Sequence record: MZ375239.1
DNA length: 39,105 bases
Source: Escherichia phage T7
Strand: one strand, 5' to 3'
Within the stretch, counting starts at the first letter, position 1. The number at the start of each line of letters is the position of its first letter. This document shows positions 19,409-29,762 of the stretch, in pieces. The notes below the pieces were generated by a model. That model was not told the DNA's origin, ran no database searches, and saw nothing but the letters and a program-made list of their open reading frames with translations. A program made the position numbers and the translations under genes.

Positions 19409-21018
19409 TGGCTGAGAAACGAACAGGACTTGCGGAGGATGGCGCAAAGTCTGTCTATGAGCGTTTAAAGAACGACCGTGCTCCCTATGAGACACGCGCT
19501 CAGAATTGCGCTCAATATACCATCCCATCATTGTTCCCTAAGGACTCCGATAACGCCTCTACAGATTATCAAACTCCGTGGCAAGCCGTGGGCGCTCGTG
19601 GTCTGAACAATCTAGCCTCTAAGCTCATGCTGGCTCTATTCCCTATGCAGACTTGGATGCGACTTACTATATCTGAATATGAAGCAAAGCAGTTACTGAG
19701 CGACCCCGATGGACTCGCTAAGGTCGATGAGGGCCTCTCGATGGTAGAGCGTATCATCATGAACTACATTGAGTCTAACAGTTACCGCGTGACTCTCTTT
19801 GAGGCTCTCAAACAGTTAGTCGTAGCTGGTAACGTCCTGCTGTACCTACCGGAACCGGAAGGGTCAAACTATAATCCCATGAAGCTGTACCGATTGTCTT
19901 CTTATGTGGTCCAACGAGACGCATTCGGCAACGTTCTGCAAATGGTGACTCGTGACCAGATAGCTTTTGGTGCTCTCCCTGAGGACATCCGTAAGGCTGT
20001 AGAAGGTCAAGGTGGTGAGAAGAAAGCTGATGAGACAATCGACGTGTACACTCACATCTATCTGGATGAGGACTCAGGTGAATACCTCCGATACGAAGAG
20101 GTCGAGGGTATGGAAGTCCAAGGCTCCGATGGGACTTATCCTAAAGAGGCTTGCCCATACATCCCGATTCGGATGGTCAGACTAGATGGTGAATCCTACG
20201 GTCGTTCGTACATTGAGGAATACTTAGGTGACTTACGGTCCCTTGAAAATCTCCAAGAGGCTATCGTCAAGATGTCCATGATTAGCTCTAAGGTTATCGG
20301 CTTAGTGAATCCTGCTGGTATCACCCAGCCACGCCGACTGACCAAAGCTCAGACTGGTGACTTCGTTACTGGTCGTCCAGAAGACATCTCGTTCCTCCAA
20401 CTGGAGAAGCAAGCAGACTTTACTGTAGCTAAAGCCGTAAGTGACGCTATCGAGGCTCGCCTTTCGTTTGCCTTTATGTTGAACTCTGCGGTTCAGCGTA
20501 CAGGTGAACGTGTGACCGCCGAAGAGATTCGGTATGTAGCTTCTGAACTTGAAGATACTTTAGGTGGTGTCTACTCTATCCTTTCTCAAGAATTACAATT
20601 GCCTCTGGTACGAGTGCTCTTGAAGCAACTACAAGCCACGCAACAGATTCCTGAGTTACCTAAGGAAGCCGTAGAGCCAACCATTAGTACAGGTCTGGAA
20701 GCAATTGGTCGAGGACAAGACCTTGATAAGCTGGAGCGGTGTGTCACTGCGTGGGCTGCACTGGCACCTATGCGGGACGACCCTGATATTAACCTTGCGA
20801 TGATTAAGTTACGTATTGCCAACGCTATCGGTATTGACACTTCTGGTATTCTACTCACCGAAGAACAGAAGCAACAGAAGATGGCCCAACAGTCTATGCA
20901 AATGGGTATGGATAATGGTGCTGCTGCGCTGGCTCAAGGTATGGCTGCACAAGCTACAGCTTCACCTGAGGCTATGGCTGCTGCCGCTGATTCCGTAGGT
21001 TTACAGCCGGGAATTTAA
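19408..21018 (+). CDS. 8: Portal (head-tail connector) protein
   Basis: 536-aa ORF from ATG 19408 (MAEKRTGLAEDGAKSVYERLKNDRAPYETRAQNCAQYTIPSLFPKD...). Confidence 0.96.
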   Translation: MAEKRTGLAEDGAKSVYERLKNDRAPYETRAQNCAQYTIPSLFPKDSDNASTDYQTPWQAVGARGLNNLASKLMLALFPMQTWMRLTISEYEAKQLLSDPDGLAKVDEGLSMVERIIMNYIESNSYRVTLFEALKQLVVAGNVLLYLPEPEGSNYNPMKLYRLSSYVVQRDAFGNVLQMVTRDQIAFGALPEDIRKAVEGQGGEKKADETIDVYTHIYLDEDSGEYLRYEEVEGMEVQGSDGTYPKEACPYIPIRMVRLDGESYGRSYIEEYLGDLRSLENLQEAIVKMSMISSKVIGLVNPAGITQPRRLTKAQTGDFVTGRPEDISFLQLEKQADFTVAKAVSDAIEARLSFAFMLNSAVQRTGERVTAEEIRYVASELEDTLGGVYSILSQELQLPLVRVLLKQLQATQQIPELPKEAVEPTISTGLEAIGRGQDLDKLERCVTAWAALAPMRDDPDINLAMIKLRIANAIGIDTSGILLTEEQKQQKMAQQSMQMGMDNGAAALAQGMAAQATASPEAMAAAADSVGLQPGI

Positions 21019-21038
21019 TACGACTCACTATAGGGAGA
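21016..21038 (+). promoter_or_regulatory. T7 RNAP promoter phi9 (class III)
   Basis: taatacgactcactatagggaga; +1 at 21033. Confidence 0.95.
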
Positions 21039-21117
21039 CCTCATCTTTGAAATGAGCGATGACAAGAGGTTGGAGTCCTCGGTCTTCCTGTAGTTCAACT
21101 TTAAGGAGACAATAATA

Positions 21118-22041
21118 ATGGCTGAATCTAATGCAGACGTATATGCATCTTTTGGCGTGAACTCCGCTGTGATGTCTGGTGGTTCCGTTGAGGAACATGA
21201 GCAGAACATGCTGGCTCTTGATGTTGCTGCCCGTGATGGCGATGATGCAATCGAGTTAGCGTCAGACGAAGTGGAAACAGAACGTGACCTGTATGACAAC
21301 TCTGACCCGTTCGGTCAAGAGGATGACGAAGGCCGCATTCAGGTTCGTATCGGTGATGGCTCTGAGCCGACCGATGTGGACACTGGAGAAGAAGGCGTTG
21401 AGGGCACCGAAGGTTCCGAAGAGTTTACCCCACTGGGCGAGACTCCAGAAGAACTGGTAGCTGCCTCTGAGCAACTTGGTGAGCACGAAGAGGGCTTCCA
21501 AGAGATGATTAACATTGCTGCTGAGCGTGGCATGAGTGTCGAGACCATTGAGGCTATCCAGCGTGAGTACGAGGAGAACGAAGAGTTGTCCGCCGAGTCC
21601 TACGCTAAGCTGGCTGAAATTGGCTACACGAAGGCTTTCATTGACTCGTATATCCGTGGTCAAGAAGCTCTGGTGGAGCAGTACGTAAACAGTGTCATTG
21701 AGTACGCTGGTGGTCGTGAACGTTTTGATGCACTGTATAACCACCTTGAGACGCACAACCCTGAGGCTGCACAGTCGCTGGATAATGCGTTGACCAATCG
21801 TGACTTAGCGACCGTTAAGGCTATCATCAACTTGGCTGGTGAGTCTCGCGCTAAGGCGTTCGGTCGTAAGCCAACTCGTAGTGTGACTAATCGTGCTATT
21901 CCGGCTAAACCTCAGGCTACCAAGCGTGAAGGCTTTGCGGACCGTAGCGAGATGATTAAAGCTATGAGTGACCCTCGGTATCGCACAGATGCCAACTATC
22001 GTCGTCAAGTCGAACAGAAAGTAATCGATTCGAACTTCTGA
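21118..22041 (+). CDS. 9: Capsid assembly (scaffolding) protein
   Basis: 307-aa highly acidic ORF; matches T7 gp9. Confidence 0.95.
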   Translation: MAESNADVYASFGVNSAVMSGGSVEEHEQNMLALDVAARDGDDAIELASDEVETERDLYDNSDPFGQEDDEGRIQVRIGDGSEPTDVDTGEEGVEGTEGSEEFTPLGETPEELVAASEQLGEHEEGFQEMINIAAERGMSVETIEAIQREYEENEELSAESYAKLAEIGYTKAFIDSYIRGQEALVEQYVNSVIEYAGGRERFDALYNHLETHNPEAAQSLDNALTNRDLATVKAIINLAGESRAKAFGRKPTRSVTNRAIPAKPQATKREGFADRSEMIKAMSDPRYRTDANYRRQVEQKVIDSNF

Positions 22042-22054
22042 TAGACTTCGAAAT

Positions 22055-22077
22055 TAATACGACTCACTATAGGGAGA
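22055..22077 (+). promoter_or_regulatory. T7 RNAP promoter phi10 (class III) with gene 10 leader and strong RBS
   Basis: taatacgactcactatagggagaccacaacggtttccctctagaaataattttgtttaactttaagaaggagatatacat ATG. Confidence 0.97.
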
Positions 22078-22134
22078 CCACAACGGTTTCCCTCTAGAAA
22101 TAATTTTGTTTAACTTTAAGAAGGAGATATACAT

Positions 22135-23172
22135 ATGGCTAGCATGACTGGTGGACAGCAAATGGGTACTAACCAAGGTAAAGGTGTAGTTGCTGCTGGA
22201 GATAAACTGGCGTTGTTCTTGAAGGTATTTGGCGGTGAAGTCCTGACTGCGTTCGCTCGTACCTCCGTGACCACTTCTCGCCACATGGTACGTTCCATCT
22301 CCAGCGGTAAATCCGCTCAGTTCCCTGTTCTGGGTCGCACTCAGGCAGCGTATCTGGCTCCGGGCGAGAACCTCGACGATAAACGTAAGGACATCAAACA
22401 CACCGAGAAGGTAATCACCATTGACGGTCTCCTGACGGCTGACGTTCTGATTTATGATATTGAGGACGCGATGAACCACTACGACGTTCGCTCTGAGTAT
22501 ACCTCTCAGTTGGGTGAATCTCTGGCGATGGCTGCGGATGGTGCGGTTCTGGCTGAGATTGCCGGTCTGTGTAACGTGGAAAGCAAATATAATGAGAACA
22601 TCGAGGGCTTAGGTACTGCTACCGTAATTGAGACCACTCAGAACAAGGCCGCACTTACCGACCAAGTTGCGCTGGGTAAGGAGATTATTGCGGCTCTGAC
22701 TAAGGCTCGTGCGGCTCTGACCAAGAACTATGTTCCGGCTGCTGACCGTGTGTTCTACTGTGACCCAGATAGCTACTCTGCGATTCTGGCAGCACTGATG
22801 CCGAACGCAGCAAACTACGCTGCTCTGATTGACCCTGAGAAGGGTTCTATCCGCAACGTTATGGGCTTTGAGGTTGTAGAAGTTCCGCACCTCACCGCTG
22901 GTGGTGCTGGTACCGCTCGTGAGGGCACTACTGGTCAGAAGCACGTCTTCCCTGCCAATAAAGGTGAGGGTAATGTCAAGGTTGCTAAGGACAACGTTAT
23001 CGGCCTGTTCATGCACCGCTCTGCGGTAGGTACTGTTAAGCTGCGTGACTTGGCTCTGGAGCGCGCTCGCCGTGCTAACTTCCAAGCGGACCAGATTATC
23101 GCTAAGTACGCAATGGGCCACGGTGGTCTTCGCCCAGAAGCTGCTGGTGCAGTGGTTTTCAAAGTGGAGTAA
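22135..23172 (+). CDS. 10A: Major capsid protein 10A
   Basis: 345-aa ORF beginning MASMTGGQQMG... Confidence 0.98.
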   Translation: MASMTGGQQMGTNQGKGVVAAGDKLALFLKVFGGEVLTAFARTSVTTSRHMVRSISSGKSAQFPVLGRTQAAYLAPGENLDDKRKDIKHTEKVITIDGLLTADVLIYDIEDAMNHYDVRSEYTSQLGESLAMAADGAVLAEIAGLCNVESKYNENIEGLGTATVIETTQNKAALTDQVALGKEIIAALTKARAALTKNYVPAADRVFYCDPDSYSAILAALMPNAANYAALIDPEKGSIRNVMGFEVVEVPHLTAGGAGTAREGTTGQKHVFPANKGEGNVKVAKDNVIGLFMHRSAVGTVKLRDLALERARRANFQADQIIAKYAMGHGGLRPEAAGAVVFKVE

Positions 23173-23330
23173 TGCTGGGGGTGGCCTCAACGGTCGCTGC
23201 TAGTCCCGAAGAGGCGAGTGTTACTTCAACAGAAGAAACCTTAACGCCAGCACAGGAGGCCGCACGCACCCGCGCTGCTAACAAAGCCCGAAAGGAAGCT
23301 GAGTTGGCTGCTGCCACCGCTGAGCAATAA
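22135..23330 (+). CDS. 10B: Minor capsid protein 10B, made by -1 ribosomal frameshift near the end of 10A
   Basis: Slippery heptamer G GTT TTC at 23154-23160 in the 10A frame; the -1 frame stays open to TAA at 23328-23330. Confidence 0.8.
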
Positions 23331-23336
23331 CTAGCA

Positions 23337-23378
23337 TAACCCCTTGGGGCCTCTAAACGGGTCTTGAGGGGTTTTTTG
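23337..23378 (+). terminator. T7 RNAP terminator Tphi
   Basis: aaccccttggggcctctaaacgggtcttgaggggttttttg hairpin plus U-run. Confidence 0.97.
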
Positions 23379-23395
23379 CTGAAAGGAGGAACTAT

Positions 23396-23986
23396 ATGCG
23401 CTCATACGATATGAACGTTGAGACTGCCGCTGAGTTATCAGCTGTGAACGACATTCTGGCGTCTATCGGTGAACCTCCGGTATCAACGCTGGAAGGTGAC
23501 GCTAACGCAGATGCAGCGAACGCTCGGCGTATTCTCAACAAGATTAACCGACAGATTCAATCTCGTGGATGGACGTTCAACATTGAGGAAGGCATAACGC
23601 TACTACCTGATGTTTACTCCAACCTGATTGTATACAGTGACGACTATTTATCCCTAATGTCTACTTCCGGTCAATCCATCTACGTTAACCGAGGTGGCTA
23701 TGTGTATGACCGAACGAGTCAATCAGACCGCTTTGACTCTGGTATTACTGTGAACATTATTCGTCTCCGCGACTACGATGAGATGCCTGAGTGCTTCCGT
23801 TACTGGATTGTCACCAAGGCTTCCCGTCAGTTCAACAACCGATTCTTTGGGGAACCGGAAGTAGAGGGTGTACTCCAAGAAGAGGAAGATGAGGCTAGAC
23901 GTCTCTGCATGGAGTATGAGATGGACTACGGTGGGTACAATATGCTGGATGGAGATGCGTTCACTTCTGGTCTACTGACTCGCTAA
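23396..23986 (+). CDS. 11: Tail tubular protein A (gp11, adaptor/gatekeeper)
   Basis: 196-aa ORF; matches T7 gp11. Confidence 0.95.
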   Translation: MRSYDMNVETAAELSAVNDILASIGEPPVSTLEGDANADAANARRILNKINRQIQSRGWTFNIEEGITLLPDVYSNLIVYSDDYLSLMSTSGQSIYVNRGGYVYDRTSQSDRFDSGITVNIIRLRDYDEMPECFRYWIVTKASRQFNNRFFGEPEVEGVLQEEEDEARRLCMEYEMDYGGYNMLDGDAFTSGLLTR

Positions 23987-24009
23987 CATTAATAAATAAG
24001 GAGGCTCTA

Positions 24010-26394
24010 ATGGCACTCATTAGCCAATCAATCAAGAACTTGAAGGGTGGTATCAGCCAACAGCCTGACATCCTTCGTTATCCAGACCAAGGGTCACGCC
24101 AAGTTAACGGTTGGTCTTCGGAGACCGAGGGCCTCCAAAAGCGTCCACCTCTTGTTTTCTTAAATACACTTGGAGACAACGGTGCGTTAGGTCAAGCTCC
24201 GTACATCCACCTGATTAACCGAGATGAGCACGAACAGTATTACGCTGTGTTCACTGGTAGCGGAATCCGAGTGTTCGACCTTTCTGGTAACGAGAAGCAA
24301 GTTAGGTATCCTAACGGTTCCAACTACATCAAGACCGCTAATCCACGTAACGACCTGCGAATGGTTACTGTAGCAGACTATACGTTCATCGTTAACCGTA
24401 ACGTTGTTGCACAGAAGAACACAAAGTCTGTCAACTTACCGAATTACAACCCTAATCAAGACGGATTGATTAACGTTCGTGGTGGTCAGTATGGTAGGGA
24501 ACTAATTGTACACATTAACGGTAAAGACGTTGCGAAGTATAAGATACCAGATGGTAGTCAACCTGAACACGTAAACAATACGGATGCCCAATGGTTAGCT
24601 GAAGAGTTAGCCAAGCAGATGCGCACTAACTTGTCTGATTGGACTGTAAATGTAGGGCAAGGGTTCATCCATGTGACCGCACCTAGTGGTCAACAGATTG
24701 ACTCCTTCACGACTAAAGATGGCTACGCAGACCAGTTGATTAACCCTGTGACCCACTACGCTCAGTCGTTCTCTAAGCTGCCACCTAATGCTCCTAACGG
24801 CTACATGGTGAAAATCGTAGGGGACGCCTCTAAGTCTGCCGACCAGTATTACGTTCGGTATGACGCTGAGCGGAAAGTTTGGACTGAGACTTTAGGTTGG
24901 AACACTGAGGACCAAGTTCTATGGGAAACCATGCCACACGCTCTTGTGCGAGCCGCTGACGGTAATTTCGACTTCAAGTGGCTTGAGTGGTCTCCTAAGT
25001 CTTGTGGTGACGTTGACACCAACCCTTGGCCTTCTTTTGTTGGTTCAAGTATTAACGATGTGTTCTTCTTCCGTAACCGCTTAGGATTCCTTAGTGGGGA
25101 GAACATCATATTGAGTCGTACAGCCAAATACTTCAACTTCTACCCTGCGTCCATTGCGAACCTTAGTGATGACGACCCTATAGACGTAGCTGTGAGTACC
25201 AACCGAATAGCAATCCTTAAGTACGCCGTTCCGTTCTCAGAAGAGTTACTCATCTGGTCCGATGAAGCACAATTCGTCCTGACTGCCTCGGGTACTCTCA
25301 CATCTAAGTCGGTTGAGTTGAACCTAACGACCCAGTTTGACGTACAGGACCGAGCGAGACCTTTTGGGATTGGGCGTAATGTCTACTTTGCTAGTCCGAG
25401 GTCCAGCTTCGCGTCCATCCACAGGTACTACGCTGTGCAGGATGTCAGTTCCGTTAAGAATGCTGAGGACATTACATCACACGTTCCTAACTACATCCCT
25501 AATGGTGTGTTCAGTATTTGCGGAAGTGGTACGGAAAACTTCTGTTCGGTACTATCTCACGGGGACCCTAGTAAAATCTTCATGTACAAATTCCTGTACC
25601 TGAACGAAGAGTTAAGGCAACAGTCGTGGTCTCATTGGGACTTTGGGGAAAACGTACAGGTTCTAGCTTGTCAGAGTATCAGCTCAGATATGTATGTGAT
25701 TCTTCGCAATGAGTTCAATACGTTCCTAGCTAGAATCTCTTTCACTAAGAACGCCATTGACTTACAGGGAGAACCCTATCGTGCCTTTATGGACATGAAG
25801 ATTCGATACACGATTCCTAGTGGAACATACAACGATGACACATTCACTACCTCTATTCATATTCCAACAATTTATGGTGCAAACTTCGGGAGGGGCAAAA
25901 TCACTGTATTGGAGCCTGATGGTAAGATAACCGTGTTTGAGCAACCTACGGCTGGGTGGAATAGCGACCCTTGGCTGAGACTCAGCGGTAACTTGGAGGG
26001 ACGCATGGTGTACATTGGGTTCAACATTAACTTCGTATATGAGTTCTCTAAGTTCCTCATCAAGCAGACTGCCGACGACGGGTCTACCTCCACGGAAGAC
26101 ATTGGGCGCTTACAGTTACGCCGAGCGTGGGTTAACTACGAGAACTCTGGTACGTTTGACATTTATGTTGAGAACCAATCGTCTAACTGGAAGTACACAA
26201 TGGCTGGTGCCCGATTAGGCTCTAACACTCTGAGGGCTGGGAGACTGAACTTAGGGACCGGACAATATCGATTCCCTGTGGTTGGTAACGCCAAGTTCAA
26301 CACTGTATACATCTTGTCAGATGAGACTACCCCTCTGAACATCATTGGGTGTGGCTGGGAAGGTAACTACTTACGGAGAAGTTCCGGTATTTAA
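24010..26394 (+). CDS. 12: Tail tubular protein B (gp12, nozzle)
   Basis: 794-aa ORF; matches T7 gp12. Confidence 0.95.
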   Translation: MALISQSIKNLKGGISQQPDILRYPDQGSRQVNGWSSETEGLQKRPPLVFLNTLGDNGALGQAPYIHLINRDEHEQYYAVFTGSGIRVFDLSGNEKQVRYPNGSNYIKTANPRNDLRMVTVADYTFIVNRNVVAQKNTKSVNLPNYNPNQDGLINVRGGQYGRELIVHINGKDVAKYKIPDGSQPEHVNNTDAQWLAEELAKQMRTNLSDWTVNVGQGFIHVTAPSGQQIDSFTTKDGYADQLINPVTHYAQSFSKLPPNAPNGYMVKIVGDASKSADQYYVRYDAERKVWTETLGWNTEDQVLWETMPHALVRAADGNFDFKWLEWSPKSCGDVDTNPWPSFVGSSINDVFFFRNRLGFLSGENIILSRTAKYFNFYPASIANLSDDDPIDVAVSTNRIAILKYAVPFSEELLIWSDEAQFVLTASGTLTSKSVELNLTTQFDVQDRARPFGIGRNVYFASPRSSFASIHRYYAVQDVSSVKNAEDITSHVPNYIPNGVFSICGSGTENFCSVLSHGDPSKIFMYKFLYLNEELRQQSWSHWDFGENVQVLACQSISSDMYVILRNEFNTFLARISFTKNAIDLQGEPYRAFMDMKIRYTIPSGTYNDDTFTTSIHIPTIYGANFGRGKITVLEPDGKITVFEQPTAGWNSDPWLRLSGNLEGRMVYIGFNINFVYEFSKFLIKQTADDGSTSTEDIGRLQLRRAWVNYENSGTFDIYVENQSSNWKYTMAGARLGSNTLRAGRLNLGTGQYRFPVVGNAKFNTVYILSDETTPLNIIGCGWEGNYLRRSSGI

Positions 26395-26424
26395 TTAAAT
26401 ATTCTCCCTGTGGTGGCTCGAAAT

Positions 26425-26447
26425 TAATACGACTCACTATAGGGAGA
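26425..26447 (+). promoter_or_regulatory. T7 RNAP promoter phi13 (class III)
   Basis: taatacgactcactatagggaga; +1 at 26442. Confidence 0.95.
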
Positions 26448-26474
26448 ACAATACGACTACGGGAGGGTTTTCTT

Positions 26475-26891
26475 ATGATGACTATAAGACCTACTAAAAG
26501 TACAGACTTTGAGGTATTCACTCCGGCTCACCATGACATTCTTGAAGCTAAGGCTGCTGGTATTGAGCCGAGTTTCCCTGATGCTTCCGAGTGTGTCACG
26601 TTGAGCCTCTATGGGTTCCCTCTAGCTATCGGTGGTAACTGCGGGGACCAGTGCTGGTTCGTTACGAGCGACCAAGTGTGGCGACTTAGTGGAAAGGCTA
26701 AGCGAAAGTTCCGTAAGTTAATCATGGAGTATCGCGATAAGATGCTTGAGAAGTATGATACTCTTTGGAATTACGTATGGGTAGGCAATACGTCCCACAT
26801 TCGTTTCCTCAAGACTATCGGTGCGGTATTCCATGAAGAGTACACACGAGATGGTCAATTTCAGTTATTTACAATCACGAAAGGAGGATAA
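26475..26891 (+). CDS. 13: Internal virion protein gp13 (core assembly)
   Basis: 138-aa ORF; matches T7 gp13. Confidence 0.9.
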   Translation: MMTIRPTKSTDFEVFTPAHHDILEAKAAGIEPSFPDASECVTLSLYGFPLAIGGNCGDQCWFVTSDQVWRLSGKAKRKFRKLIMEYRDKMLEKYDTLWNYVWVGNTSHIRFLKTIGAVFHEEYTRDGQFQLFTITKGG

Positions 26892-26895
26892 CCAT

Positions 26896-27486
26896 ATGTG
26901 TTGGGCAGCCGCAATACCTATCGCTATATCTGGCGCTCAGGCTATCAGTGGTCAGAACGCTCAGGCCAAAATGATTGCCGCTCAGACCGCTGCTGGTCGT
27001 CGTCAAGCTATGGAAATCATGAGGCAGACGAACATCCAGAATGCTGACCTATCGTTGCAAGCTCGAAGTAAACTTGAGGAAGCGTCCGCCGAGTTGACCT
27101 CACAGAACATGCAGAAGGTCCAAGCTATTGGGTCTATCCGAGCGGCTATCGGAGAGAGTATGCTTGAAGGTTCCTCAATGGACCGCATTAAGCGAGTCAC
27201 AGAAGGACAGTTCATTCGGGAAGCCAATATGGTAACTGAGAACTATCGCCGTGACTACCAAGCAATCTTCGCACAGCAACTTGGTGGTACTCAAAGTGCT
27301 GCAAGTCAGATTGACGAAATCTATAAGAGCGAACAGAAACAGAAGAGTAAGCTACAGATGGTTCTGGACCCACTGGCTATCATGGGGTCTTCCGCTGCGA
27401 GTGCTTACGCATCCGGTGCGTTCGACTCTAAGTCCACAACTAAGGCACCTATTGTTGCCGCTAAAGGAACCAAGACGGGGAGGTAA
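26896..27486 (+). CDS. 14: Internal core protein gp14
   Basis: 196-aa ORF from ATG 26896 (MCWAAAIPIAISGAQ...). Confidence 0.9.
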   Translation: MCWAAAIPIAISGAQAISGQNAQAKMIAAQTAAGRRQAMEIMRQTNIQNADLSLQARSKLEEASAELTSQNMQKVQAIGSIRAAIGESMLEGSSMDRIKRVTEGQFIREANMVTENYRRDYQAIFAQQLGGTQSAASQIDEIYKSEQKQKSKLQMVLDPLAIMGSSAASAYASGAFDSKSTTKAPIVAAKGTKTGR

Positions 27487-27492
27487 TGAGCT

Positions 27493-29736
27493 ATGAGTAA
27501 AATTGAATCTGCCCTTCAAGCGGCACAACCGGGACTCTCTCGGTTACGTGGTGGTGCTGGAGGTATGGGCTATCGTGCAGCAACCACTCAGGCCGAACAG
27601 CCAAGGTCAAGCCTATTGGACACCATTGGTCGGTTCGCTAAGGCTGGTGCCGATATGTATACCGCTAAGGAACAACGAGCACGAGACCTAGCTGATGAAC
27701 GCTCTAACGAGATTATCCGTAAGCTGACCCCTGAGCAACGTCGAGAAGCTCTCAACAACGGGACCCTTCTGTATCAGGATGACCCATACGCTATGGAAGC
27801 ACTCCGAGTCAAGACTGGTCGTAACGCTGCGTATCTTGTGGACGATGACGTTATGCAGAAGATAAAAGAGGGTGTCTTCCGTACTCGCGAAGAGATGGAA
27901 GAGTATCGCCATAGTCGCCTTCAAGAGGGCGCTAAGGTATACGCTGAGCAGTTCGGCATCGACCCTGAGGACGTTGATTATCAGCGTGGTTTCAACGGGG
28001 ACATTACCGAGCGTAACATCTCGCTGTATGGTGCGCATGATAACTTCTTGAGCCAGCAAGCTCAGAAGGGCGCTATCATGAACAGCCGAGTGGAACTCAA
28101 CGGTGTCCTTCAAGACCCTGATATGCTGCGTCGTCCAGACTCTGCTGACTTCTTTGAGAAGTATATCGACAACGGTCTGGTTACTGGCGCAATCCCATCT
28201 GATGCTCAAGCCACACAGCTTATAAGCCAAGCGTTCAGTGACGCTTCTAGCCGTGCTGGTGGTGCTGACTTCCTGATGCGAGTCGGTGACAAGAAGGTAA
28301 CACTTAACGGAGCCACTACGACTTACCGAGAGTTGATTGGTGAGGAACAGTGGAACGCTCTCATGGTCACAGCACAACGTTCTCAGTTTGAGACTGACGC
28401 GAAGCTGAACGAGCAGTATCGCTTGAAGATTAACTCTGCGCTGAACCAAGAGGACCCAAGGACAGCTTGGGAGATGCTTCAAGGTATCAAGGCTGAACTA
28501 GATAAGGTCCAACCTGATGAGCAGATGACACCACAACGTGAGTGGCTAATCTCCGCACAGGAACAAGTTCAGAATCAGATGAACGCATGGACGAAAGCTC
28601 AGGCCAAGGCTCTGGACGATTCCATGAAGTCAATGAACAAACTTGACGTAATCGACAAGCAATTCCAGAAGCGAATCAACGGTGAGTGGGTCTCAACGGA
28701 TTTTAAGGATATGCCAGTCAACGAGAACACTGGTGAGTTCAAGCATAGCGATATGGTTAACTACGCCAATAAGAAGCTCGCTGAGATTGACAGTATGGAC
28801 ATTCCAGACGGTGCCAAGGATGCTATGAAGTTGAAGTACCTTCAAGCGGACTCTAAGGACGGAGCATTCCGTACAGCCATCGGAACCATGGTCACTGACG
28901 CTGGTCAAGAGTGGTCTGCCGCTGTGATTAACGGTAAGTTACCAGAACGAACCCCAGCTATGGATGCTCTGCGCAGAATCCGCAATGCTGACCCTCAGTT
29001 GATTGCTGCGCTATACCCAGACCAAGCTGAGCTATTCCTGACGATGGACATGATGGACAAGCAGGGTATTGACCCTCAGGTTATTCTTGATGCCGACCGA
29101 CTGACTGTTAAGCGGTCCAAAGAGCAACGCTTTGAGGATGATAAAGCATTCGAGTCTGCACTGAATGCATCTAAGGCTCCTGAGATTGCCCGTATGCCAG
29201 CGTCACTGCGCGAATCTGCACGTAAGATTTATGACTCCGTTAAGTATCGCTCGGGGAACGAAAGCATGGCTATGGAGCAGATGACCAAGTTCCTTAAGGA
29301 ATCTACCTACACGTTCACTGGTGATGATGTTGACGGTGATACCGTTGGTGTGATTCCTAAGAATATGATGCAGGTTAACTCTGACCCGAAATCATGGGAG
29401 CAAGGTCGGGATATTCTGGAGGAAGCACGTAAGGGAATCATTGCGAGCAACCCTTGGATAACCAATAAGCAACTGACCATGTATTCTCAAGGTGACTCCA
29501 TTTACCTTATGGACACCACAGGTCAAGTCAGAGTCCGATACGACAAAGAGTTACTCTCGAAGGTCTGGAGTGAGAACCAGAAGAAACTCGAAGAGAAAGC
29601 TCGTGAGAAGGCTCTGGCTGATGTGAACAAGCGAGCACCTATAGTTGCCGCTACGAAGGCCCGTGAAGCTGCTGCTAAACGAGTCCGAGAGAAACGTAAA
29701 CAGACTCCTAAGTTCATCTACGGACGTAAGGAGTAA
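27493..29736 (+). CDS. 15: Internal core protein gp15
   Basis: 747-aa ORF; matches T7 gp15. Confidence 0.95.
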   Translation: MSKIESALQAAQPGLSRLRGGAGGMGYRAATTQAEQPRSSLLDTIGRFAKAGADMYTAKEQRARDLADERSNEIIRKLTPEQRREALNNGTLLYQDDPYAMEALRVKTGRNAAYLVDDDVMQKIKEGVFRTREEMEEYRHSRLQEGAKVYAEQFGIDPEDVDYQRGFNGDITERNISLYGAHDNFLSQQAQKGAIMNSRVELNGVLQDPDMLRRPDSADFFEKYIDNGLVTGAIPSDAQATQLISQAFSDASSRAGGADFLMRVGDKKVTLNGATTTYRELIGEEQWNALMVTAQRSQFETDAKLNEQYRLKINSALNQEDPRTAWEMLQGIKAELDKVQPDEQMTPQREWLISAQEQVQNQMNAWTKAQAKALDDSMKSMNKLDVIDKQFQKRINGEWVSTDFKDMPVNENTGEFKHSDMVNYANKKLAEIDSMDIPDGAKDAMKLKYLQADSKDGAFRTAIGTMVTDAGQEWSAAVINGKLPERTPAMDALRRIRNADPQLIAALYPDQAELFLTMDMMDKQGIDPQVILDADRLTVKRSKEQRFEDDKAFESALNASKAPEIARMPASLRESARKIYDSVKYRSGNESMAMEQMTKFLKESTYTFTGDDVDGDTVGVIPKNMMQVNSDPKSWEQGRDILEEARKGIIASNPWITNKQLTMYSQGDSIYLMDTTGQVRVRYDKELLSKVWSENQKKLEEKAREKALADVNKRAPIVAATKAREAAAKRVREKRKQTPKFIYGRKE

Positions 29737-29762
29737 CTAAAGGCTACATAAGGAGGCCCTAA

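Noticed and set aside
22055-23378. Exact matches to common expression-vector elements (T7 promoter, gene 10 leader and RBS, MASMTGGQQMG T7-tag, T7 terminator), which could suggest cloning-vector contamination
   Set aside because: These are the native phi10 / gene 10 / Tphi sequences in their natural context, flanked by gene 9 and gene 11; there is no vector backbone (no ori, bla, lacI or MCS).
27688-28482. 264-aa minus-strand ORF inside gene 15, plus other minus-strand ORFs in the track (e.g. 766-1191, 9748-10179, 16705-17244)
   Set aside because: All recognised T7 genes are on the + strand with RBS-ATG architecture and strong coding signal. These antisense ORFs lack promoters or RBSs, sit entirely within highly expressed + strand genes and are expected by chance in a 39-kb genome.
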